Positions 25,506-36,153 of a stretch of DNA of 64,000 nucleotides are shown here, piece by piece. Position 1 is the stretch's first letter. Each line of letters opens with the position of its first letter. The DNA lies in NCBI GenBank assembly GCA_963838505.1, contig CAWIRG010000013.1:55679-119678 (forward strand), in the 5' to 3' direction. The translations under genes and the position numbers were made by a program. The notes under the pieces are model-generated. The model was not told where the DNA came from. It searched no databases and saw nothing but the letters and a program-made list of their open reading frames with translations. The stretch comes from Candidatus Bathyarchaeota archaeon. GTDB taxonomy: Archaea > Thermoproteota > Bathyarchaeia > Bathyarchaeales > Bathycorpusculaceae.

Positions 25506-28193
25506 TCAGAAGAAGCGTTCCAATTTTGTCAGTCCAATTATCTCGTCAAAATCCAAGCCTAAGGCGTCGAGAACTTGGTCGAAAGTTGAATGCAGATAGG
25601 CTACGTACTTGTCAACATCAATCTCACTCTTTGTTGCTAGTTCCACAGGTTTAACGTGAGGTTCTTTGTTGATTTTGACGAAGCTTATGAGATCACCTGC
25701 CCTCAATTCCGCTCCTTTTTCCTTCAGGATTTTTGCTGCTTTGACGTGTTGCGGCGTGGTTTTTGTGTAGTTTTCGATTTCTTCTCCTAGAACCACGTTG
25801 AAAGCAAGGTCCGCCATACTGTTCCACTCTCGCCTCTTGAGCTGCACGTAGCAGTCACGAACAGTTTCCGCTATACCCTTTTTTGAATTCTCAAAGTCTG
25901 CCGGTGTCTTCACGACTGCCAACCGCACTTTCATCTTCTCAAAAGCTTCTTTGATCAGAAGGGGTATGTGTCTTTTCTTTCCTGTCAGCCCTTTAACGTC
26001 GACTGTTCCATCTTCGAGAACGCCTAGGTAGTTCTTTTTTCGTGAACTGAAAACCGCGTACCTGTACACTTTGTCGACGTCAAGACTCATTTTCAGCTCC
26101 TTCTCCGTCCAGTGTGCCAGCTCTTCGACTTGTTGTCCTGATGGGTTCTTCAAGAATAGGCTGTCAGTGTCGCCGTAGAGCACTTGGATGCCGAGGCTTT
26201 CTGCTCGGTTGAGTATCTGTGTTATAGAGTGCCTTCCTATTGCAGCTGTGGCTTCAGCTACGGGTGGACAGTAGAGGTCGAAGCTTTCAGCCCCGAAGAC
26301 TCCGTAGCTCGCATTTAGAATCACTTTGAGTGCTCCTTGAATTACATTGTACCAGCTTCTCAGGTCAGGGGCCAGGGCTTTATCTTTGGATTTGGGCTTG
26401 TACCATTGGACTCGCAAGTCTCTGAGCGAACCAATTAGGAGGCTTTCTAATGCCCTTTTCCTCGTGCAAACCCAGTGTGGCGTGTCGGGGATGATGTTGG
26501 TCCGACATTCTGGATGCGGGCAAAGAATGGATTGGTAGCCGAGGTTCCAAACTTTCATTATGGAAGGGTATAGGCTTGGAAAGTCCATGACGGCGACGTT
26601 GAAGTGAACTCCTGGGACTGGTTCGACGACTATTGCTCCTTTGTATTTCTTGCCTTTGGTTATGGCTTTGGTCGCGGTTTTGCCTTTGGCGGCAAGTATG
26701 TCCTGGGGAGTGGGAATCAACATGTTTCTGTGGCGATGTTCGCGCTGGAGGAAGTTTCTTATCCAACGTGATACTCCTTGACGACTTACATCTTCCAGAG
26801 GCATACTGCTTATTCTCGCGAGTACTAGAATCAGTTTCATGACCAGTTCGTCTTCGAAACTCGTTAGTTTGAAGGTTATTTCCGAGTCTCTGAGACAGTA
26901 CTTGGCCAGTTCAGTGTAGGTTAGGTCTCCGAGTTTCTTTTCAAGTCGTATTTTTTGTAGCTGGATGAGGGCTCTTCCTACGTCGTTGAGGGTCACGTCT
27001 CGATAGCGATTGTTGAATGCGTATATCTGGATTGATCGGTTGAAGAAGAATTTGTAGAGATCTATGTGAACGCTATTGTTCAGTAGGCAGGAGCGTTTGC
27101 CAACTTCTATCGGGATGTCGTTGCGTTTGATTCCCAGGTTCAAGGCGCGGTTGGCGAGATAATGGAGGTCGAAATCGTCACCGTTGAATGTTAACACGAA
27201 GGGATAGTCTCGAAGAGTATCGAAAACAGCTTTTATGAGCTCTTCTTCCTTGCTGAAGTATTCGATTTTTACGTCTGCCGGTAGATGTTCTGCTCCTTCA
27301 CGTAGCCCTTCGCGTTTGAGAACTAGCGTTTTCTCCAGCCCATCAGAGGCAAACATGGAAACACAGATGACCTGGTTGGCTGCTTCTCTAGGGTCGGGAA
27401 CGCGTGTTGGAATAGGTGCTAGGACTTCGATGTCAATTGCTACGCGGCGGAACTTCGGCGCGGGATACTCAAGCAGTCTGGCCCATTCTACGATGAACTT
27501 ACATTCTTCGTTCGTCGCTTCTTTGAAGATTTCACGTATTTTTGTTACTGTTTTCTCAGTTTCTTGAAGCGTTTTCGCGATGAGGTTGCCGTTTTTGACC
27601 TCGTATATCATTCCTGGAAGAAGATTTCTGTCGAACATGTAAGATTGGTAGTATTTTATGTTTGATTCCCACACTTTGATTTGTTCAGGCGTTATTGGAG
27701 TGCCAGAGGCTTTGGGGAAGTCTTCCGGAATTATGTCTCTTATGCACCCTGTGGGTCTTCCGCCGATAGCTAGAGGGTCCCTAGCCAAGATTTTTGTTAT
27801 TCTGACATTTTTGTCTAAAAGAGGATCGAATTTCTCTATGGAGTCGAACCGATCCAGACCCGGATGCTCGACTAGACGGTTGATTTTCTCAAGCTCATAG
27901 GGCGAAAGGTTTGTCAAGCAGTAGGGCTGGTGTCCAGTGTTGTCGTACCAGAAGTAGATTCGGCCTGATGCTGGCTCATAGAGTTTCATCACGGCTTTTC
28001 CAGTTTTGCCATCGTAAGTGGCTGATACAAGGTAGGAGGCTGGCAGGTTGTGTGGTGCCACTGAATGAAGAACCTGTCTTCCCATTTCGTCATCTGGGCT
28101 CTCTGCAAAAGCAGAATTCTCATGCTCTTCTCTCTCCTTCTTCGAAAACGTGAGCTCCTTCTGTGAGAATTCTTCTAAGCGTTTCTGCGCCAT
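25506..28193 (-). CDS. polB: family B DNA polymerase
   Basis: Exo I IAIDIEV, DFPSLYPSIM (motif A), and LYGDTDSLFL (motif C). 895 aa, no intein. Confidence 0.95.
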   Translation of the reverse strand: MAQKRLEEFSQKELTFSKKEREEHENSAFAESPDDEMGRQVLHSVAPHNLPASYLVSATYDGKTGKAVMKLYEPASGRIYFWYDNTGHQPYCLTNLSPYELEKINRLVEHPGLDRFDSIEKFDPLLDKNVRITKILARDPLAIGGRPTGCIRDIIPEDFPKASGTPITPEQIKVWESNIKYYQSYMFDRNLLPGMIYEVKNGNLIAKTLQETEKTVTKIREIFKEATNEECKFIVEWARLLEYPAPKFRRVAIDIEVLAPIPTRVPDPREAANQVICVSMFASDGLEKTLVLKREGLREGAEHLPADVKIEYFSKEEELIKAVFDTLRDYPFVLTFNGDDFDLHYLANRALNLGIKRNDIPIEVGKRSCLLNNSVHIDLYKFFFNRSIQIYAFNNRYRDVTLNDVGRALIQLQKIRLEKKLGDLTYTELAKYCLRDSEITFKLTSFEDELVMKLILVLARISSMPLEDVSRQGVSRWIRNFLQREHRHRNMLIPTPQDILAAKGKTATKAITKGKKYKGAIVVEPVPGVHFNVAVMDFPSLYPSIMKVWNLGYQSILCPHPECRTNIIPDTPHWVCTRKRALESLLIGSLRDLRVQWYKPKSKDKALAPDLRSWYNVIQGALKVILNASYGVFGAESFDLYCPPVAEATAAIGRHSITQILNRAESLGIQVLYGDTDSLFLKNPSGQQVEELAHWTEKELKMSLDVDKVYRYAVFSSRKKNYLGVLEDGTVDVKGLTGKKRHIPLLIKEAFEKMKVRLAVVKTPADFENSKKGIAETVRDCYVQLKRREWNSMADLAFNVVLGEEIENYTKTTPQHVKAAKILKEKGAELRAGDLISFVKINKEPHVKPVELATKSEIDVDKYVAYLHSTFDQVLDALGLDFDEIIGLTKLERFF

Positions 28194-28364
28194 CTAGGTC
28201 TTGACCCTGCTAGCCTAATGGGTCTTATGACTAAAATCTCTTATCCCCTAGGCAGAAACTGTGCAGGTGCTCGATAGGTATCGAGGGACGCGCTCATGAA
28301 ATGCGGGAATGCCTTTAATTCTAGTCCCTTCATTCTTAGTGTACAGAGGACGTGAACAGTATCA

Positions 28365-29714
28365 TTGCTCAAAGAAGCATGGACACTTTCGATTGAAACT
28401 CTGAGCTGGATGGAAATGCGAAGGCTAAGCGAGCCCTTGGCCTTGTCAAGGACAGTCAAACAGCTAGCGATGGACGATCACAATGCTGTGAGGATGGCTC
28501 ATCATCTTGTGTCTGAAACCTCAAGACGACTGAACTTTATTGATGAGTTCATAGACGCAACGATGAAACCAAATTCGTTGGAGGAGTTCAACCTTGGAAT
28601 TCAAGCGTTTCTAAGACTTTATGTTTACCAGACGAGAATCGCGAAGAATTGGGTCAAAGTAGATATTCGTGAAGCGGAAAGCATAGCGAGACTCGTTCGG
28701 TCGATACTTGGGTGGGAAACGCTCCAGCCCGTTGAGCCGATCCTAGGTGCCTTGCTCACAGGGCGCCTAGCCTCAGTGTGTGAAGGCCGAAGCGACGAAG
28801 AGCAAATCGGCCTTCGTACTTTTCATCCATGTTGGTTTGTTAAGTACTGCATGAAACTCTTTGGCAGAAGCGAAACAGTAGAAATGCTGCGAGCGAACAT
28901 GGAACCGTCCCCAACATACATAAGGATAAACACGCTCAAGGCCACGTCGAACGAGATACTGGAGAGACTTGCTCAAGAGAGCATTAGCGCTGAGAAAGTC
29001 GACGGATTAAGACACTCGTATGAAGTTACAGCCGCACCACAGCCTATTACTGGAACGAAGAGTTTCCAAGAAGGCTTGTTCTACCTTCAGGACAAAGCGA
29101 GCTGTTTTGCGGTTGAAGCGGGAAATCCTGCGAGGAAAATGACTGTTTTTGATGTCTGTGCATCTCCAGGAGCAAAAACCACGTATCTAGCTCAGCTCAT
29201 GCAGAATGAAGGCGAAATCATTAGTTTGGACTATTCAGGACGCAGAATGGCTACGTGGAAGAGTCAGCTTGCCAACACTGGAGCTGAAATTGCAGAACCA
29301 ATAATTGCTGATGCACGCACACATTTGCCTTTGGCAGGAATGGCTGACCTGTTGATCTTGGACCCGCCGTGCACAGGCACGGGCACCTTTCGTAAATCGC
29401 CATCAGCCAAATGGAGACTTGCACCGAATTCTGCTGAGAAAATGGCTGAAGTTCAATGGCAAATGCTCGATAATTGTTCAGGGTACGTGAAGTCTGGAGG
29501 AAAACTAGTCTATTCTACGTGCAGCATAACGGTTGAAGAGAACGAGATGCTTATTGAAAAGTTTGTGAAATGGCACCCAGAGTTCTTGCTGACCGAAATA
29601 ACACCAAAAATAGGTTCACCTGGGCTGAGAGGATTGGTGACGTGCCAGCGGCTTTTTCCTCACATTCACAATTGTAACGGCTTTTTCATCGCAAAAATGG
29701 TGAAAACAGAATAG
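28365..29714 (+). CDS. NOL1/NOP2/Sun-family RNA m5C methyltransferase
   Basis: DVCASPGAKT, LDPPCTGTGTFRK and VYSTCS motifs, with an N-terminal NusB-like region. TTG start; the exact start is uncertain. Confidence 0.9.
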   Translation: MLKEAWTLSIETLSWMEMRRLSEPLALSRTVKQLAMDDHNAVRMAHHLVSETSRRLNFIDEFIDATMKPNSLEEFNLGIQAFLRLYVYQTRIAKNWVKVDIREAESIARLVRSILGWETLQPVEPILGALLTGRLASVCEGRSDEEQIGLRTFHPCWFVKYCMKLFGRSETVEMLRANMEPSPTYIRINTLKATSNEILERLAQESISAEKVDGLRHSYEVTAAPQPITGTKSFQEGLFYLQDKASCFAVEAGNPARKMTVFDVCASPGAKTTYLAQLMQNEGEIISLDYSGRRMATWKSQLANTGAEIAEPIIADARTHLPLAGMADLLILDPPCTGTGTFRKSPSAKWRLAPNSAEKMAEVQWQMLDNCSGYVKSGGKLVYSTCSITVEENEMLIEKFVKWHPEFLLTEITPKIGSPGLRGLVTCQRLFPHIHNCNGFFIAKMVKTE

Positions 29715-29741
29715 AAGGAATGCCTGAGGCAAGTTTCTCCG

Positions 29742-30671
29742 TCATTCTCCCGCTGCATTGTTCCCAGCCGGATGCTCTTGCCTTGATTTTTCCAAGAAGC
29801 AGAGGATTTCGAAAATCACTTTTGCAGCTTGAATGGCTGAAACTCCTTGGTCATAGTTCGGAGCAATCTCGAGAACATCGAAACCTGCCACTCGGCTGTC
29901 GGACACAGCTTCCAAGATGTCGAGCAGAGCAGACATTTCAAGTCCATCTGGTTCGGGGTTTTGTACTGCTGGAACGTATGCTGGGTCGAGAATGTCCATG
30001 TCAACTGACAGGTATGTGCTCTTGTATTCTTCCAACTCTTTCCTTAGCTTGTCCCCAGTTCGTTTGCTTCCTTCTTTTCTTATTTGCTGGGTTGTGATGG
30101 AGTCTATTCCCGCTTTCTTGGCGTAGGCTAGTTCTTCTTTGCAGACTGCCCGTGTGCCGACTTCTATGATTTTCGCGGGTTTCACTTCTTCGTTTATTCT
30201 GCGCATGAAAGTCGTGTGTGACAGTTTCAATCCTAGAAATTCGTTTCGCAGATCAAGGTGTGCATCGAAGCTTACTATTGCAGTTTTCGCAGCGTTTCCT
30301 CTGAGACTCTTTGCGATCCCCAGAGTCACCGTGTGCTCCCCCCCGATTGTTACGGGGATTTTCTTGTTCTCAACAATGCTCTTTACAACGCGTTCCAAAG
30401 TCTCTAAGGTTTTCTCGGTGGCTGCTGACACATGCAGGTCGCCCAGATCATGCAGCAACAGGTCTTCAACATCTGTTCTCGTGCGCATACTGAAGGTCTC
30501 GAGGTTAAGGGACGCTTGTCTGATTGCGTTTGGACCAAATCTGGCGCCTGTTCGGTAGGTGCTGGTAACGTCGAAAGGAACGCCCAAGACTATGTATTTT
30601 GCTTCATTGAATGGTTTTTGAAAGCCGCCGAAAATGTTTGATTGCGACGTGTAAAGTTCATGATTGCTCAT
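29742..30671 (-). CDS. speB: agmatinase (arginase family)
   Basis: GGEHTVT, FDAHLDL and SVDMDILDPA Mn-ligand motifs. Confidence 0.9.
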   Translation of the reverse strand: MSNHELYTSQSNIFGGFQKPFNEAKYIVLGVPFDVTSTYRTGARFGPNAIRQASLNLETFSMRTRTDVEDLLLHDLGDLHVSAATEKTLETLERVVKSIVENKKIPVTIGGEHTVTLGIAKSLRGNAAKTAIVSFDAHLDLRNEFLGLKLSHTTFMRRINEEVKPAKIIEVGTRAVCKEELAYAKKAGIDSITTQQIRKEGSKRTGDKLRKELEEYKSTYLSVDMDILDPAYVPAVQNPEPDGLEMSALLDILEAVSDSRVAGFDVLEIAPNYDQGVSAIQAAKVIFEILCFLEKSRQEHPAGNNAAGE

Positions 30672-31077
30672 AGGAAGCTGTCACGTCCTGCCTCTGTTAA
30701 TCTTGACGCTCCGTTCTAAACCTTTCCATAACATATCTCGAAGTGGCAACTCCGTTGTAACGTCTTGGAGGCTCAGAACGTAGCGCCCATGCGTGTTCCT
30801 AAAATGGTCAAAAATGGCTATGATTCCGTTTTGCACATTTCTGCCAGTGCTCAAGACAGTTACTCGAAGAAATCAAGAACAGATACGAAACGCAAAACCT
30901 TCCTTGAATCAGGGAAGACGAATAAAAACCATTTTAGGCCAATTTCGGAATAGGCATGTGCACCGCTAATTCAAGTATGCTGAAACCCCTTTTGCATAAT
31001 AGCCCAGCAAAGTAGACCCGCCTTTTTTATTTTACATTTTTTGTAATGTTGAATTGTAAGATTTGATGTTGCGTTGG

Positions 31078-31259
31078 CGACCCCCCTTTTTCACTTGTAA
31101 CGTCAGAAGTAATGTGGGTTGTAACAAACCATGAACAAAAACAGTCCGGGCTACTGTTCAGAGTGGACTCAGCCTTTTTGTTTGTAACGTCAAAAGTAAT
31201 GTGAATTGTAACAAACCCAAGAATTACATGTGGTTGCCCGTGGCACAAAGACAGAATGG
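31078..31259 (-). repeat. composite intergenic repeat element, copy C (reverse complement of copy A; repeats at 31180-31216 and 31093-31129)
   Basis: The reverse complement matches 2735-2919. Both 37-nt repeats are identical to those of copy A, and I count about 8 differences, all outside the repeats. Confidence 0.9.
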
Positions 31260-31720
31260 TCAGGTCGGGCAGGCCTACCTTGGAGTTACCGTCTACGTTG
31301 CGCGCTAGCCTGTTTCTAGATTTCTTTTCTTGGGTCGAGTAGGGTTGAGTTGCGGATGTTTCTTCAAAAGGTTGTGTCATGAAGAAAGAAGGATAATTCT
31401 TTGCAAACGAATTTAGGGTCAGGCATGCGCGCGTTGTGGCGTGCCATGGATCTGCGGAGCGCATATGACTCTCTTTTATGCGCCCGTAGTGCCTACAAAT
31501 ATCTTTTATGGGTATCGGGGTTCTGTATGGTTGTCGGTTGATGTGAATCATTGCAAACTGTCGATTGCGTATGCGGCAAGGCTTAGGTACATAAGTGTCA
31601 CTTTGGAGATGAATTATCCTGATAAGCGTTGGAGACGGTGGTGCAGTAGTTCGAGGCTACTGAAGCCATATGTCGTCGAGCCAGCTACAGATTGAATGGG
31701 GGGGTTGGAGACCTGTGCTA

Positions 31721-32281
31721 ATGCGCATTCAACAGTTTAGGAAGAACTGTGAAATAGCAGGTTTCAGGGACGTGGTGGTCGGGAGCGCTGAAGGGTTTTT
31801 GAAGGTGGCAAATAATGGGATTTCGGTTGATTTGGATGTGCAGTTTTTTGACGCGGATCTTGTTGCCACGTGGCGGCATCTGTACTTCGCTCTGTTGGAT
31901 GCTTTGACGGCGTTCAAGAGCGAACAGAACCTCTCTAAGAGTGTCGCAATGGAGACGATGCTTTATGCCTCTGGGCGGAGGCAAATCAGGAGAGCAATGC
32001 AACTTCTTGGCATCAAACCGACATCGTCGAACGTGGCCGTTCTGATAGTTGGAGGAGAGCTCAAGGCTGTGCATTCGGCGTTGGGGAAGGTTTCAACAAG
32101 TATTGGTGGTCTGCCTGATGATTCGGTTTTGGAGCTTTCGAAGAAGAAGATGGAGAGAATCCAAAGGGTTTTCGAGATTTCAGAGGCGGAGTTGGACACA
32201 GTTGTTGAAGGGAACAACGTGGAAAAGGCGCTGGTGGATCTTGTCATTGAACGTGCAGCGCTCTTGACCACTGGGCGCTGA
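31721..32281 (+). CDS. cgi121: KEOPS complex subunit Cgi121
   Basis: VQFFDADLVATWRHLYFALLDALTAFKSEQNLSKSVAMETMLYASGRRQIRRAMQLLGI is the characteristic Cgi121 core. ATG at 31721. Confidence 0.8.
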   Translation: MRIQQFRKNCEIAGFRDVVVGSAEGFLKVANNGISVDLDVQFFDADLVATWRHLYFALLDALTAFKSEQNLSKSVAMETMLYASGRRQIRRAMQLLGIKPTSSNVAVLIVGGELKAVHSALGKVSTSIGGLPDDSVLELSKKKMERIQRVFEISEAELDTVVEGNNVEKALVDLVIERAALLTTGR

Positions 32282-32283
32282 CA

Positions 32284-32820
32284 CTAGAGAAGCTTCTCTT
32301 TCAAAACAGACAGGATGTCCTCGGGTTTTGCAATTGACACGCCTGTCAGATCACCGACGATTTCTATCAGGATTATTTTGTCCGGTTTGGTCAAATTGAC
32401 TGGTCTCTTGACGTTTGCTGCGACTTTTTCAATTATGTCTTTGGTGTGTGTCGTGGTGAATCGTTTCTCGACTGTGATGCGGAATGTTTCGTTCCCGCCG
32501 ATTTTGGGGCTGAGTTCTGCAACTGTCTGTTGGATTAGGTCTAGGTTTGTTTGGACAACTTTTTCAATTGGAATTATCCTGAGTATGAAACGGAACTCGT
32601 ATGGACTTTGAACTAGTATAGTCCGCAACTGCCTGACGGCTATGAATGGGTCCATGCTGGTCTTTGCCGCGATTAGGCCAGAAATGCTCGTTCTTTCGAT
32701 TTCAGGTGAAGTTTCGCCCATCTTTTCAAAGAGGAAACGTAGTTCGGAGCGGGCGTACTTTTCGTTTCCGCGCGAAGTTGTGACTAGAAGATTGAATTCT
32801 TTAAGCACATGCTTCACCAC
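32284..32820 (-). CDS. THUMP-domain RNA-binding protein
   Basis: FNLLVTTSRGNEKYARSEL at the N-terminus and FRITVEKRFTT...IILIEIVGDLTGVSI are typical of stand-alone archaeal THUMP proteins. Confidence 0.8.
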   Translation of the reverse strand: MVKHVLKEFNLLVTTSRGNEKYARSELRFLFEKMGETSPEIERTSISGLIAAKTSMDPFIAVRQLRTILVQSPYEFRFILRIIPIEKVVQTNLDLIQQTVAELSPKIGGNETFRITVEKRFTTTHTKDIIEKVAANVKRPVNLTKPDKIILIEIVGDLTGVSIAKPEDILSVLKEKLL

Positions 32821-33056
32821 ACATAATGTTCACTTGCCCTAGTTTAGGTCTTCCAAGAGAGAGAATGATTCGCTATGAGTTTTGGGGTCAGTGTGCGTAT
32901 ATGGCTCTTTCATTGCCGATGGCTCTCAGCCGTCGCCTCACATCATCCCAGAGGGAATATTCAATTGCATAGATTTATCCATTTTGACCGTTTCTTGACG
33001 CTAGACTTAAATCTGAATCGAACAAGTTCAAGTCAATCGTCTGGAGTGATGGCGAT

Positions 33057-34031
33057 ATGAAGGCAATACGGAAGCCAGTAATGGTGGTTCACGGGGGAGC
33101 AGGAACTTGGCAGCTTGAACGCAGCAAACCCGGCATGGAAGGTGTTAAGAGAGCTGCGAAGACAGGTTTTGACATCTTGAAAAGCGGAGGAAATGCTGTC
33201 GACAGCGTGATGGAAGCCGTTGCAGTCATGGAGGATGATGGAGCATTCAACGCGGGCTACGGTTCGAGTCTGAACATGGAGAAAAAAGTAGAGATGGAAG
33301 CTTCTTTGATGGATGGAAAAACTCTTCAGGCCGGAGCAGTAGGTCTGCTACGTGACGTAAAAAACCCAATTCGTTTAGCCAAGATAGTCATGGATAGGAC
33401 GGATTACGTTTTTGTTGTAGGTGAGGGTGCAGAAAAGTTGGCCGAGCTTGAGCACCTTGAGAGACGTTCCCCAATCACAGAACTGAGACTGAAATATTAT
33501 GAAGCGCAGAAGAAGGCGTTGCTTGAAGGAAAACCCGAATTGCCAAAATTGGCTGCCTTAGCAAAGAGTCACCCCGAAATCTTCAAGCTTGGAACCGTGG
33601 GGGCAGTTGCTCTCGACCAAGAAGGAAATGTTGCAGCTGCAACGTCTACTGGCGGGTTTCCTCTGAAGCTTCCTGGCAGAATTGGAGACTCACCGTTAAT
33701 TGGGTGTGGGACATATGCAGATAATCAGGCAGGAGCTTGTTCAACCACCGGCGTTGGAGAAATTGCAATAAGATTGGTCCTTGCAAAGACAGTGTGCAGC
33801 GCCATGGAAGAGGGCAGGACAGCAGAGCAGGCCGCTGAGGATGCAATTAGGCTGGTCAACTGTCGTATGTCGACAGGATACAATGCGATGGGTCTGATTG
33901 CCGTCGACCGGCGTGGAAGAATCGGCGCAGCTCACAATTCGCAGAACATGTGCTGGGCCTACATTAGGCCTGAAATGGGAGAGGAACCGAAGGTATCACT
34001 CACGGCGAAGATTGTGAAAGAACCGTTGTGA
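33057..34031 (+). CDS. isoaspartyl peptidase / plant-type L-asparaginase (Ntn hydrolase)
   Basis: VVHGGAG, the autoprocessing site GTVGAVALD, and TSTGG. Confidence 0.9.
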   Translation: MKAIRKPVMVVHGGAGTWQLERSKPGMEGVKRAAKTGFDILKSGGNAVDSVMEAVAVMEDDGAFNAGYGSSLNMEKKVEMEASLMDGKTLQAGAVGLLRDVKNPIRLAKIVMDRTDYVFVVGEGAEKLAELEHLERRSPITELRLKYYEAQKKALLEGKPELPKLAALAKSHPEIFKLGTVGAVALDQEGNVAAATSTGGFPLKLPGRIGDSPLIGCGTYADNQAGACSTTGVGEIAIRLVLAKTVCSAMEEGRTAEQAAEDAIRLVNCRMSTGYNAMGLIAVDRRGRIGAAHNSQNMCWAYIRPEMGEEPKVSLTAKIVKEPL

Positions 34032-34345
34032 AACAAGTTATGCATACATAGCGTTACATTTTATTCTCGACAACTGACGTACGATAATCCTTAAAGACAG
34101 CGCGGATGCTTTCCCTATCCCATCCACGTGCATGGAGGTGGAAAACTGTGATAGAAGAAGAAGACACTGAAGAAGAAGATTGGGACGAAGAAGAGGATTT
34201 TGAAGAGGAAGAATGGTAAACGGGGGTCATATCAACAAGCACTTTTGTGCTTTTTCTTTGGTCAAAACATTTTCTTAACATTCCAGATGAATTACTTGGG
34301 GTTCATGTTTATAACCTACAAGTAAAGTGCATTCACTGTCGGGTC

Positions 34346-36136
34346 ATGATGACAAGAGTCGCCGTTTTAGATGTCGACAGATGTAAGCCAAAGCGTTGCA
34401 ACAAAATGTGTTTTCGCTTTTGTCCAATCGTGCGTAGCAAGATTGAAGCAATTCGCTTTGAAATCGAAAAGGCAGTTATCGTTGAGTCTCTGTGCACGGG
34501 ATGTGGGATATGCGTTAGGAAATGCCCCTTCAAGGCCATATCAATAGTTAATCTTCCTGACGAACTTGAGAAGGATTGTAGCTTCCGCTTTGGAGAAAAC
34601 GCCTTCAAGCTTTTCAGGTTGCCAACACCCTCGCCAGGCCTGGTGCTCGGGCTGCTTGGACAAAACGGGATAGGCAAGACAACTGCTCTTAGAATATTAT
34701 CTGGAGAACTCAAGCCAAACCTAGGAAACTATCAGAACCCACCTGATTGGAGCGAATTAGTCCAACATTTCAGAGGCTCGACCCTCCAAGAGTATTTCCA
34801 GAAAATGGGAGAAGAGAAGCTCAGAGTTTCACATAAGCCACAATATGTTGACAAGTTGCCGAAGGCCATCTCTGGAAGAGTTGGGGAACTGCTTGAGAAG
34901 GTAAACGAGAGGGAGAGGTTAGACAGGCTTGCTGAACAGCTTGAACTTAAAACGCTCTGGAACCGCTCGCTTGAAGTTCTAAGCGGTGGAGAACTGCAAC
35001 GTGTGGCTGTGGTCGCTGCGATATGTCGCGAAGCAGATGTTTACCTTTTTGACGAGCCCTCAAGTTACCTAGACGTCAAGCAAAGACTCGAAGTGGCAAA
35101 GGCAATAAGAAGTCTCAAGAACGAACAAAAAATGATAATTATTGCAGAGCATGACCTAGCGATAATCGACTATTTGTCAGACCATATATGTCTCTTCTAT
35201 GGAGAAGCAGGCGTCTACGGAGTCGTTTCAAGCGTCCATGGCGTTAGAACCGGCATAAACATTTACCTTCAAGGTTACATTCCCGACGAGAACGTTCGTT
35301 TCAGGAAGGAGGCAATAGTGTTCCATGAAAAACCTCCAACGATGAGTGTTGGCGCAGGTGAAATGATGCTTGCATGGGAACAGATAGAAAAAACCTACAA
35401 AGGCTTCAAGCTTCTGGTCAAGCCGGGAGAAATCAGAAGGGGCGAGATAATCGGGATTTTGGGGGCCAATGGAACAGGCAAGACGACTTTCATCAAGATT
35501 CTCGCAGGAATCGAGAATGCTGATGACGGAAGAAAACTCGGCGAGTTGAAAGTCAGCTACAAGCCTCAGTACATTTCAGCGGAGTATGAGGGCACTGTTC
35601 AGGAACTTCTGTTGAGTGTAGCGAAAGAAGAGTTTTCGTCAGGCTGGTACAAAACTGAAATTCTTCAGCCGCTAAAAGTGAATCCACTGTTGGACAGAAA
35701 TCTAGTGGAACTCAGTGGTGGAGAGCTTCAGAAAGTGGCGATTGCAGCGTGTCTCTCAAGAAAAGCCGACCTTTACCTACTTGACGAGCCCAGCGCTTAC
35801 TTAGACGTGGAAGAAAGATTGAGCATGGCAAAAACCATTAGAAGAGTCATCGAAAATCGCAATGTTACAGCTTTCGTGGTTGAGCATGACGTCGTCACAC
35901 AGGACTTCATAGCTGATCAGTTAATGGTGTTTGCTGGAAAATCAGGAATTGAAGGAGTAGCTAATCCACCGACGACCCTGCGCAAGGGAATGAATATGTT
36001 CCTGAAGGAAATGCAAGTAACGTTCAGAAGAGACCCCGCCACGAAGAGGCCCAGAGTCAACAAGGAAGGTTCAAAATTGGACAAGTTTCAAAAGCAGATA
36101 GGCGAATACTATTACGTGCGCAGGCTTCGAAAATAG
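34346..36136 (+). CDS. abce1: ABCE1 / RNase L inhibitor-type ribosome recycling ATPase
   Basis: N-terminal double 4Fe-4S domain (CKPKRCNKMCFRFCP, CTGCGICVRKCPF). Two ABC cassettes (GQNGIGKTT/LSGGELQR and GANGTGKTT/LSGGELQK). Confidence 0.95.
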   Translation: MMTRVAVLDVDRCKPKRCNKMCFRFCPIVRSKIEAIRFEIEKAVIVESLCTGCGICVRKCPFKAISIVNLPDELEKDCSFRFGENAFKLFRLPTPSPGLVLGLLGQNGIGKTTALRILSGELKPNLGNYQNPPDWSELVQHFRGSTLQEYFQKMGEEKLRVSHKPQYVDKLPKAISGRVGELLEKVNERERLDRLAEQLELKTLWNRSLEVLSGGELQRVAVVAAICREADVYLFDEPSSYLDVKQRLEVAKAIRSLKNEQKMIIIAEHDLAIIDYLSDHICLFYGEAGVYGVVSSVHGVRTGINIYLQGYIPDENVRFRKEAIVFHEKPPTMSVGAGEMMLAWEQIEKTYKGFKLLVKPGEIRRGEIIGILGANGTGKTTFIKILAGIENADDGRKLGELKVSYKPQYISAEYEGTVQELLLSVAKEEFSSGWYKTEILQPLKVNPLLDRNLVELSGGELQKVAIAACLSRKADLYLLDEPSAYLDVEERLSMAKTIRRVIENRNVTAFVVEHDVVTQDFIADQLMVFAGKSGIEGVANPPTTLRKGMNMFLKEMQVTFRRDPATKRPRVNKEGSKLDKFQKQIGEYYYVRRLRK

Positions 36137-36153
36137 GACGATGACAGAAGCAC

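Noticed and set aside
34054-34281. A Ser-rich 75-aa ORF on the minus strand
   Set aside because: It is a low-complexity mirror of the GAA-rich + strand sequence, with no start or stop context suggesting a real gene.
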